From IMG/VR virus record IMGVR_UViG_3300045988_084814: DNA of 58,083 nt. One strand, given 5' to 3'. The notes under the pieces are model-generated. The model ran no database searches, was not told the origin of the DNA, and saw only the letters and a list, made by a program, of their open reading frames with translations. Positions 51,399 through 58,083 of the stretch are shown here, piece after piece. Source of the DNA: a virus. Numbering within the stretch: position 1 is the stretch's first letter; every line of letters starts with the position of its first letter. The position numbers and the translations under genes are program-made.

Positions 51399-52052
51399 AT
51401 GACAAGAGAAGATATACAAGATTTGTTAATGATGGTGCAGGCGGTATATCCGAACTACAACCCACCGTCTAAAACAGCGGCGGTCAATGCGTGGTTAATG
51501 TGTTTAGGCGAGTATGACAACAAAGTTGTGCAGTTAGCTTTTAAAACATACATGGCTACTAACACAAGTGGTTTTGCACCTGCACCGGGGCAACTTATAG
51601 AAATATTGCAGGCTTTGACACAACCATCTGAGTTGAACGAGCTAGAAGCGTGGTCGATAGTCAGAAAAGCGTTAAGAAATTGTGGCTACAATTCTGAACA
51701 GGAGTTTGCAAAGTTGCCGACAGTAGTGCAAAAAACCGTCGGAACACCACAGCAGTTAAAGATTTGGGCTTGCGATAGTGAATTTAATGAAAATGTTGTG
51801 AGTAGTAATTTTATAAAGACATATAGAACAGAGGTCAAGCGAGCAACAGAATTAAATAAAATGCCTGAGAATGTAAGGAAACTTATAGAAATGGTAAACA
51901 CAAATTCTGTATCGGCTCAAATAGCAAGTGAAAATAAAAGAACTATATCTTTATCACTTGAAGATAAAGAAGCCGAGGAAACAGGCAAAATGGAAGTTAG
52001 AAACAGTGTTCATATGCCTGAGAAATATAAAAAAGAATTTGGAATTGAATAA
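51399..52052 (+). CDS. G39P-like helicase loader/inhibitor family protein
   Basis: The N-terminus MVQAVYPNYNPPSKTAAVNAWLMCLGEYDNKVVQLAFKTYMATNTSGFAPAPGQLI fits that family. It follows the replisome organizer. Confidence 0.55.
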   Translation: MTREDIQDLLMMVQAVYPNYNPPSKTAAVNAWLMCLGEYDNKVVQLAFKTYMATNTSGFAPAPGQLIEILQALTQPSELNELEAWSIVRKALRNCGYNSEQEFAKLPTVVQKTVGTPQQLKIWACDSEFNENVVSSNFIKTYRTEVKRATELNKMPENVRKLIEMVNTNSVSAQIASENKRTISLSLEDKEAEETGKMEVRNSVHMPEKYKKEFGIE

Positions 52053-52083
52053 TGAGTTTAAGGAAAGGAGATGAACCGCCATT

Positions 52084-52299
52084 TTGAGAATTGAAAAGCT
52101 GATTAAATTTTTGAAAGAAAGATTTGAAAGCGGAATACAGATGTTTGATACACCGTCTCTTGTAAATGACTACAGAATACCTATTTATGTTGAAGATGAC
52201 ATAACCGTACTATATGCGCCAAGTTGGGATTACATAGAGATATATGGTATTTCTGACGAAGAGTTTGAAAGAGTTATGAAAGAAGCCAAAGGGCGGTAA
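52084..52299 (+). CDS. Hypothetical protein
   Basis: TTG start. The start site is uncertain. Confidence 0.4.
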   Translation: MRIEKLIKFLKERFESGIQMFDTPSLVNDYRIPIYVEDDITVLYAPSWDYIEIYGISDEEFERVMKEAKGR

Positions 52300-52328
52300 A
52301 AGAATGTCCGTTTTAGAAAGGAGCAGTA

Positions 52329-52853
52329 ATGAACATTGATGAATTTATAGAACATACAAAAGAAAAAGCAGAAGAATATAAATATCGTGCGAGCTTTTTT
52401 GAGAGTGATAATCCTATGAATAAAGCTTGCATTAAAGTCGCAAAAGACCATGAGCAGTTAGCTGAGTGGTTTGAAAAATCCAAAGAGTATCAGCAGTTAG
52501 AAGAACAGGACAGACTTATCAAGTTGCCTTGCAAAGTAGGAGATACTGTTTATGTAGATAACACAATACTCCCAATAGAGGATATGGAGTGCTATGAGGA
52601 CATTGATAATAAGATTCCATTATATTTTCCAGCACGAGTTATTTCATTCCGCTTTGCAAAAAGAAACTGGATGAAGATTGCTGTTAAGACAAAATGGTTA
52701 CATGAATGGATTGACGATGAGACCGGACCAGAAAGCAATTACATAGAGTGTGAGAAAAATTTTACTATCTTATTGTCAATGATTGGTAAAACAGTATTCC
52801 TTACAAGAGCCGAAGCAGAAGCAAAACTGAAAGAATTGAGAGATGAAGAATGA
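52329..52853 (+). CDS. Hypothetical protein
   Basis: 174 aa with SD AAAGGAG. Confidence 0.55.
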   Translation: MNIDEFIEHTKEKAEEYKYRASFFESDNPMNKACIKVAKDHEQLAEWFEKSKEYQQLEEQDRLIKLPCKVGDTVYVDNTILPIEDMECYEDIDNKIPLYFPARVISFRFAKRNWMKIAVKTKWLHEWIDDETGPESNYIECEKNFTILLSMIGKTVFLTRAEAEAKLKELRDEE

Positions 52854-53122
52854 CAATTAGTGAGTTTTTCAAAGAGAAATATTCAGCAAGAAAAGATAAA
52901 GACAATATCTATGGTGTTGGAATGAGCGATACAGAGTTTCGTCATTTCATTATTCAATACTTGCTACCGGAAAATTGGTATGTTGTTGACCCAATAGGGC
53001 AGACGCAAGTCAACGAAATAGCTATCTACGAAATTCTGACTAGGCATTCCAAGAAGTTCAGAAAAGAACGCAAGAAATATTTAAAAGAATTGAGAGGTGG
53101 AGAAAATGGCTCAATGGAATAA
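52850..53122 (+). CDS. Hypothetical protein
   Basis: 90 aa with a coupled start. Confidence 0.5.
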   Translation: MTISEFFKEKYSARKDKDNIYGVGMSDTEFRHFIIQYLLPENWYVVDPIGQTQVNEIAIYEILTRHSKKFRKERKKYLKELRGGENGSME

Positions 53123-53486
53123 AAATACAGTGCCAAAATGCGATGTTGGAAAATGCTCGGATGAAGTTTTGGCAACAGTAGAGCGTATAGGATATGGTGG
53201 AAAACTTTACAGAAGAGTGATTAAGGCGGTGTACTTCCCATATCATCACTGTACTATTGATGATATGGCTTGGAATATGGACGATGGTATTCCTAACGAT
53301 TGGGAATATTCAGAAGAGGATGATTCATATTGGATTCCGCGAGGCTGGTATGAAGTGTGTGATTACTTTGAGGACTATTCCTATTCGCAAATTACAGATT
53401 ACGTAAATGCATGGATGAAGTTACCTAAACCATATGAACCAAAAGTTAAAGAGTTTGGAGGTGGAGAAAATGAAAGTAGTAATTGA
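53106..53486 (+). CDS. Hypothetical protein
   Basis: ATG after GAGGTGGAG. Confidence 0.5.
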   Translation: MAQWNKNTVPKCDVGKCSDEVLATVERIGYGGKLYRRVIKAVYFPYHHCTIDDMAWNMDDGIPNDWEYSEEDDSYWIPRGWYEVCDYFEDYSYSQITDYVNAWMKLPKPYEPKVKEFGGGENESSN

Positions 53487-54084
53487 CATACCTAAAGGTT
53501 TCGAAGGGGATTATATTGTTGACAAATTCAAAGATTTCTTTTCGAGGGTTATTGTAGATATTGATTGCAAAGGTATGTGTGGTAGATACGAGAAAGAAAT
53601 TGCTGAAATGTTTTTAAAGTCATTTGACGATAGCGAAGAAAAGATTTCTTGCAACTGTCAGCACAACAGCAATCCAAGAGATAATGAGCCTTGTTGCAGA
53701 TGCGATAGCAAAGTTTCAGAAAATGATGATACAAAAAACAAAGTTACATCTCTGGAAATTATCGTAAGGATGATAGACAACAAGCCATATTACGAAATCA
53801 AGTACAAAAAAGTCGGCGAAGATTATTACCATGTAGGCTACAGTTCGTACAATCTTGATAATGTATTGGAATGGTATAGCGAATGCTTTGAACTTATTGA
53901 TGTGAAAATGACTAACGCCGACAGAATAAGGAATATGTCGGATGAGGAGTTAGCGGAGTTTTTAGATATTGTCGGAGAAGATGGTATTTCCTCACAGTAT
54001 GCGGACATTCCGTGCGATTGTTGCTGTGAAAAAACAGAATGTTCTAAATGTTGGAAAGATTGGCTTCAATCAGAAGCGGAATAG
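53470..54084 (+). CDS. Cys-rich hypothetical protein
   Basis: ATG after GGAGGTGGAG. 204 aa. Confidence 0.5.
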   Translation: MKVVIDIPKGFEGDYIVDKFKDFFSRVIVDIDCKGMCGRYEKEIAEMFLKSFDDSEEKISCNCQHNSNPRDNEPCCRCDSKVSENDDTKNKVTSLEIIVRMIDNKPYYEIKYKKVGEDYYHVGYSSYNLDNVLEWYSECFELIDVKMTNADRIRNMSDEELAEFLDIVGEDGISSQYADIPCDCCCEKTECSKCWKDWLQSEAE

Positions 54085-54092
54085 GAGAGAAT

Positions 54093-54377
54093 ATGAAGTA
54101 TATAAGCAATGCAAAATATGGAGAGCCGGTTGAAACTGGAACTATCTACATAGGTGACAACAAAAGATTAAGTATATGTGTTCACACACTATGGGGTTGT
54201 GGAGAAACACTATATATGAATTGTAAAGCACTAGATATTATGGATAGAAAATTAAACAGCACATCTGCAATAAGTGCGATAAATGAAGCTCAATTATTAG
54301 TAAAACAGGAACTTGATTTACTTAGCAAGGAACTTAATTCGATATTGAATAGCAAGATAGAAATATCAAGGTATTAG
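54093..54377 (+). CDS. Hypothetical protein
   Basis: ATG after TAGGAGAG. Confidence 0.5.
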   Translation: MKYISNAKYGEPVETGTIYIGDNKRLSICVHTLWGCGETLYMNCKALDIMDRKLNSTSAISAINEAQLLVKQELDLLSKELNSILNSKIEISRY

Positions 54378-54390
54378 AATAGGAGGAAAT

Positions 54391-54756
54391 ATGAAAGAGA
54401 GTGAAGCAATAGAAAAACTGAAAAATATACGATTGTTTATGCAGATTATTGACAAGAATAGCAAACATAAATTTACGGAAGATGATTACAAGACTAACGA
54501 AATAGCGATACAGGCACTTGAAGAAGTACAACAGTACCGTGCAATCGGCACACCGGAAGAGTGCCGGACGGCGAGAGAAAAACAGATGCCGAAGAAACCT
54601 ATAAGACATACTGCATGGGAAGACTTTAAATGTCCTGCTTGCGGTTCGACAGAAATAAGACCATACGATACAGAATATAGTGAGTATGACAAAGATTGCA
54701 AGTTTGAATATTGTAGCGATTGCGGTCAAAAATTAGATTGGAGCGATGAAGAATGA
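54391..54756 (+). CDS. Zinc-ribbon hypothetical protein (paralog of 48111-48377)
   Basis: Shared motifs: AIQALE, PKKP, CPACG and YCSDCGQKLDWSDEE. Confidence 0.5.
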   Translation: MKESEAIEKLKNIRLFMQIIDKNSKHKFTEDDYKTNEIAIQALEEVQQYRAIGTPEECRTAREKQMPKKPIRHTAWEDFKCPACGSTEIRPYDTEYSEYDKDCKFEYCSDCGQKLDWSDEE

Positions 54757-55034
54757 GATTGATTGATGCGGATAAGTTGATATTACACTTAAATGACTAT
54801 GCATTGCAGGAAGCACCATTCAAAGGAGAAAGCGCAGATACATATAATGCAATAAAACAATGCATAGAAGCAGTGGAAGAACAGCCGACAGCCTATGATG
54901 TAGATAAGGTTGTAGAGCAGTTAAAGGATGTATCATATGAACGATTTGGATATGCTGGAATGGGCGGGGAGAATGTCGTTAATTTAGATGATGCAATCGA
55001 GATAGTAAAGGCAGGTGGTGAGAATGACGAATGA
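54753..55034 (+). CDS. Hypothetical protein
   Basis: 93 aa with a coupled start. Confidence 0.5.
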   Translation: MRLIDADKLILHLNDYALQEAPFKGESADTYNAIKQCIEAVEEQPTAYDVDKVVEQLKDVSYERFGYAGMGGENVVNLDDAIEIVKAGGENDE

Positions 55035-55167
55035 TTGCAAAGGATGTAAATATGAGAACATCACAGATATAGAGGTACTTTTAGAATTTTGTACAAATTG
55101 TAAAAGAGCCTATTCTAATGAAGAAGATAGAGAATTTCACGAAGATAAGTATGAGATTGTAGACTAA
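55024..55167 (+). CDS. Small zinc-ribbon hypothetical protein (47 aa)
   Basis: Contains CKGC...CTNC. Overlaps the upstream gene end. Confidence 0.35.
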   Translation: MTNDCKGCKYENITDIEVLLEFCTNCKRAYSNEEDREFHEDKYEIVD

Positions 55168-55224
55168 CTAAGAAAGGAGTAAGAGTTTTGTGCACAGTAA
55201 AAACCGGTTTTACTCCACGAAATT

Positions 55225-55881
55225 ATGTATAGCGAAAACAAAAAGAAATGGTATAAAGAGCGTTATCGTCAAAGAAAAGAACATGGCTTATGTACTAATT
55301 GTGGTAAGCCTGCAATGCCAAACAAAACTCTATGTAAGGAATGTGCCGAAAAAAGGAAGAATAAATATCGAGAAGATAGAGCGTTTTTCAAAACGCTGGG
55401 ACTATGCCCGAAATGTGGCAAAAACAAATTGTTTGGCAGTGAAAAAACTTGCCTTGAGTGTTTAGCGTATGCTGAAAGAATAAATGCTAAATGCGCAATA
55501 AAAACAGCTGGTAGCAAAGAAGCGTATAATAAACAAGTTTATCAAAAAGCAAGACAACGTTGTGATGAACAAAATCTTTGCATTATGTGTAAGATAAGAC
55601 AGCGTGCAGAGGGACATATACATTGTGAAGAATGTCTTGAGAAAAGACGCATAAAAGGCAGAGAAATACGAAAACAGCAAGAAAAAGTAGGTATAACAAG
55701 AAGTGAAAGACCAGCTTACGGACTTTGCTATCGCTGTGGAAACCCCCTTGATAGAGACGGGAAGTTGTGCGTAAAGTGTGCAACAAAAGCTGTAAGCTGT
55801 TTACCTAAATTTAGAAATACAGATGTATGGAAAAGGAATAACAATCTATTATTTGGAGGTAAGCAAGATGATAAAATTTGA
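55225..55881 (+). CDS. Protein with four tandem CxxC...CxxC zinc-ribbon repeats
   Basis: LCTNCG..LCKEC, LCPKCG..CLEC, LCIMC..HCEEC, LCYRCG..LCVKC. No obvious SD. Confidence 0.55.
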   Translation: MYSENKKKWYKERYRQRKEHGLCTNCGKPAMPNKTLCKECAEKRKNKYREDRAFFKTLGLCPKCGKNKLFGSEKTCLECLAYAERINAKCAIKTAGSKEAYNKQVYQKARQRCDEQNLCIMCKIRQRAEGHIHCEECLEKRRIKGREIRKQQEKVGITRSERPAYGLCYRCGNPLDRDGKLCVKCATKAVSCLPKFRNTDVWKRNNNLLFGGKQDDKI

Positions 55882-56062
55882 AAGTGAATGCGTTGACTGC
55901 CCCAACGAAATAGGTTGCCTTGGGGATAGTTGCCCGAAACATAATATACCTCAACTTATATGCGATTGTTGTGGTGAAGATGTAGAAGAATTGTACGGAT
56001 ATGACGGAGAGCAGCTGTGTAAAGACTGTTTGCTTGATGCAGTACCCAAAATAGAGATATAG
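55868..56062 (+). CDS. Cys-rich hypothetical protein
   Basis: ATG after GGAGGT. 64 aa. Confidence 0.5.
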   Translation: MIKFESECVDCPNEIGCLGDSCPKHNIPQLICDCCGEDVEELYGYDGEQLCKDCLLDAVPKIEI

Positions 56063-56073
56063 GAGATTGGCTT

Positions 56074-56298
56074 ATGAAGTTTTCAGAACTGACTAAGCCG
56101 GAACTTGATTTTATTTTAAAATACGCCAACTTCACACAGGAAGAAGAAGATATATTCAAATTACTTTCAAGAGGAAAAAGCATAATTGAAATTGCAGAAC
56201 ATATAATGATATGTGAGCGTACTGTTAATAGAAAAGTAATAAAAATCAAAAGCAAGATTGGCAAATTGGAGGGTTTAAATGGTAAAGATAACTGTTGA
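56074..56298 (+). CDS. Small sigma region 4 / LuxR-type HTH regulator
   Basis: Contains FKLLSRGKSIIEIAEHIMICERTVNRKVIKIKSKI. Confidence 0.5.
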   Translation: MKFSELTKPELDFILKYANFTQEEEDIFKLLSRGKSIIEIAEHIMICERTVNRKVIKIKSKIGKLEGLNGKDNC

Positions 56299-56374
56299 TG
56301 GTAAAGAAGTAAAAGCAGAAGATATAAAACTTTCTGCTGATGTTGTGAAAGTCATATCATCATGCCTTGATTGA
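56279..56374 (+). CDS. 31-aa hypothetical protein
   Basis: SD GGAGGG. Confidence 0.3.
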   Translation: MVKITVDGKEVKAEDIKLSADVVKVISSCLD

Positions 56375-56399
56375 CATTATAGCAAAAAGAGGTTAGAAT
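56371..56399 (+). promoter_or_regulatory. Promoter of the recombinase gene, just outside the left inverted repeat
   Basis: TTGACA, 17-nt spacer, TAGAAT. Confidence 0.6.
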
Positions 56400-56407
56400 G
56401 TGTCGTA

Positions 56408-56426
56408 AAGTACGATAAATGCGGCA
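56408..56426. repeat. Left inverted repeat flanking the recombinase gene
   Basis: AAGTACGATAAATGCGGCA. Its reverse complement matches 57864-57882 at 18 of 19 positions. Confidence 0.85.
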
Positions 56427-56456
56427 CATTCTTTTTATATAAAGGGGGATTTAGTG

Positions 56457-57821
56457 ATGGAATGTGTTGCGTATATGAGAGTATCAACAGAAAAACAAGC
56501 AGAAGAGGGCAATGGTCTTGAAAGTCAAAAAAGAGACATTGAGAATTACTGTAAGAAAAATGAGTATATAATTACGGATTATTATATTGATGATGGCTAC
56601 ACAGGAGCAAACATGGATAGACCGGAGTTACAGCGACTTATTAGCGATTGCGTTGCAAAAAGAATAAAATGTGTAGTTGCTTTTAAATTAGATAGGTTGT
56701 CACGAAGTATGGTCGATGGCATTTATCTGATTGAAAGAGTATTTCAGCCGAATAGCATCCTATTTAAGTGTGTGCATGACAGTATAAGCTATGACAGTCC
56801 GATGGAGCAAGCCTATACTCAAATGATGGCTGTATTTGCACAGCTTGATAAGAATACCATGTTATTAAGAATGCGTGGCGGCATGCTGGAAAGAGTAAAA
56901 CAAGGTTATTGGATGGGTGGAGCAAACACACCTTATTGCTATTTTTACAGTAAAGAAACAGGAACGCTTGTACCTATACCCGAACGAAAAAAGCAAGCAA
57001 ACGAAGCAATTGACTTGTTTTTACAAGGCTATTCAGATGCCAAAATTTGTAATATGTTAGGCTTCAAAAGTGAATTTGTTGTAAGGCGTTTACTTACAAG
57101 CAAGGTCAATATAGGATATATACCCTACAAAGGTAAAATCTATAAAGGCAGGCATGAACCAATTTTTGACCTTGATAAATTTAATTTAGCACAGGAAGTT
57201 AGGAAAAATCGAAGAACAAAGAAAACGACTTGTATAAACAAAGAGCCAAATCTACTTACCGGATTATGCTATTGTGGTGTATGTGGGTGTGCTATGCGTT
57301 ACCAAAAATGGACACATGGAAAGCATAAGATATATTGCATGTCTCGAAACAAGTCTATGAGTTATCTGCCTAACTACAACTCTAATTGTAATAATTCACT
57401 TGAATGGGCTGTCGATATTGAAAAACAAGTTGAAGAAGAAATAATGAAAATATCATTGAATTTGTCATCAGAAAAACCGGTTGCAAAACAAAGCAAAATT
57501 GAAATTTTACAATCGCAGATTAAAAAAGAAGAAAATCGTAGAAAAAGATTTTTTGACTTGTATGCTGATGGGAACGATGATGTATTGCTGAGTATAAAAG
57601 AAACTAACAATACAATTAAGGATTTGAAAGAACAGCTTGAAAACGAAATATCAAATGTCAATATAAATAAGAAGAAAAGCATTGCCTACAAAAATATAAA
57701 AAAAATTGCCGATGTTTGGGACAGCATCGACAAAAGAGATAAAAACACTATACTTAAGAGTATAATTGATAAGATTGTTATAGTCAATGGAAACATAGAA
57801 ATACAATTAAAGAATTTTTAG
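56457..57821 (+). CDS. Large serine recombinase (integrase)
   Basis: Catalytic N-terminus AYMRVSTEKQ...DRLSRS, recombinase domain, zinc ribbon CYCGVCGCAM...YCMSR, C-terminal coiled coil. 454 aa. Confidence 0.9.
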   Translation: MECVAYMRVSTEKQAEEGNGLESQKRDIENYCKKNEYIITDYYIDDGYTGANMDRPELQRLISDCVAKRIKCVVAFKLDRLSRSMVDGIYLIERVFQPNSILFKCVHDSISYDSPMEQAYTQMMAVFAQLDKNTMLLRMRGGMLERVKQGYWMGGANTPYCYFYSKETGTLVPIPERKKQANEAIDLFLQGYSDAKICNMLGFKSEFVVRRLLTSKVNIGYIPYKGKIYKGRHEPIFDLDKFNLAQEVRKNRRTKKTTCINKEPNLLTGLCYCGVCGCAMRYQKWTHGKHKIYCMSRNKSMSYLPNYNSNCNNSLEWAVDIEKQVEEEIMKISLNLSSEKPVAKQSKIEILQSQIKKEENRRKRFFDLYADGNDDVLLSIKETNNTIKDLKEQLENEISNVNINKKKSIAYKNIKKIADVWDSIDKRDKNTILKSIIDKIVIVNGNIEIQLKNF

Positions 57822-57863
57822 CACATACTATACGCTGTGCCTACGGCGGTATGCTAGTGCTAA

Positions 57864-57882
57864 TGCCGTATTTATCGTACTT
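57864..57882. repeat. Right inverted repeat flanking the recombinase gene
   Basis: TGCCGTATTTATCGTACTT. Confidence 0.85.
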
Positions 57883-57901
57883 TTTACAATTAAATAAAAT
57901 C

Positions 57902-57943
57902 AAACTGTCGTTTTTGTGTCGTTAAACTGTCGTTTTTCTGTCG
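57902..57943. repeat. Phased TGTCG array, including two 14-bp direct repeats AAACTGTCGTTTTT
   Basis: TGTCG occurs at 57906, 57917, 57928 and 57939, exactly 11 bp apart. The 14-mers lie at 57902-57915 and 57924-57937. Confidence 0.8.
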
Positions 57944-57961
57944 CTTTAAGCGGCTTTTTTT
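57940..57961 (+). terminator. Rho-independent terminator
   Basis: Stem GTCGC/GCGGC with loop TTTAA, then TTTTTTT. Confidence 0.55.
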
Positions 57962-57998
57962 ATGTGAAAATAAAATTACAAAAAGGAGAGTGATTGAA

Positions 57999-58083
57999 GT
58001 GTACGACGAAGATTTAAGAGAGCGATTACTCTCACGGGAACAAATACAAAAATTAGACTTAGTAACTCAAACAATATTGTTTA
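57999..58083 (+). CDS. 5' part of a small ORF that crosses the circular junction (continues in frame to 141)
   Basis: GTG start after AAAGGAGAG. The frame runs through the 55-bp repeat and ends with TAA at 139-141, overlapping the start of the 89-613 gene. Confidence 0.3.
   Translation, partial: MYDEDLRERLLSREQIQKLDLVTQTILF
58029..58083. repeat. Terminal direct repeat copy 2
   Basis: Identical to 1-55. Confidence 0.95.

Noticed and set aside
55190-55465. GTG-initiated 91-aa ORF with a nearby AAGGAG.
   Set aside because: It overlaps, out of frame, the 218-aa ORF whose four regular zinc-ribbon repeats are clearly protein-like. The 91-aa product has no features.

Overview
The window is a complete phage genome assembled as a circle: the first 55 nt recur exactly as the last 55 nt, giving about 58.03 kb of unique sequence. 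It looks like a temperate siphovirus of a low-GC Firmicutes (probably Clostridia) host. The evidence is strong AGGAGG-type ribosome-binding sites, sigma-A consensus promoters, a Cheo-type LexA box and a phi-LC3-like holin. All protein-family names come from motif recall, not from database searches.

Layout:
- 89-3075: an odd cluster of low-complexity and Cys-motif proteins, including a BclA-C/C1q-like one.
- 3166-4856: small accessory genes (an HExxH protein and a DUF4417-like protein).
- 5078-7147, minus strand: an accessory operon ending in a solitary Cas5-like gene.
- 7197-7579: a set of promoters that each carry the same 12-bp operator, next to a ribbon-helix-helix (RHH) regulator gene.
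- 7993-8613: an AT-rich repeat region, followed by a putative small terminase.
- 10231-11203: an RNA island with tRNA-Gln, tRNA-Asn and tRNA-like elements.
- 11204-15031: small early genes ending in RtcB RNA ligase.
- 15133-39066: the structural module (TerL, portal, scaffold, capsid, connectors, tail tube, frameshifted chaperones, a 1853-aa tape measure, tail tip and fibres). Holin, endolysin and a promoter-to-terminator moron are embedded inside it.
- 39206-41058: the lysogeny switch (CI-like, Cro-like, antirepressor, and a small gene behind a LexA box).
- 41075-56374: recombination and replication genes (exonuclease with an annealing protein, RusA-like, replisome organizer, G39P-like) among many zinc-ribbon ORFs.
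- 56457-57821: a large serine recombinase bracketed by 19-bp inverted repeats.

Most notable observations:
- A textbook type II hammerhead ribozyme and a tRNA-like acceptor/T-arm minihelix punctuate the minus-strand operon that carries the Cas5-like gene.
- The Cas5-like gene is paired with a small acidic protein behind its own consensus promoter.
- The phage also encodes RtcB.
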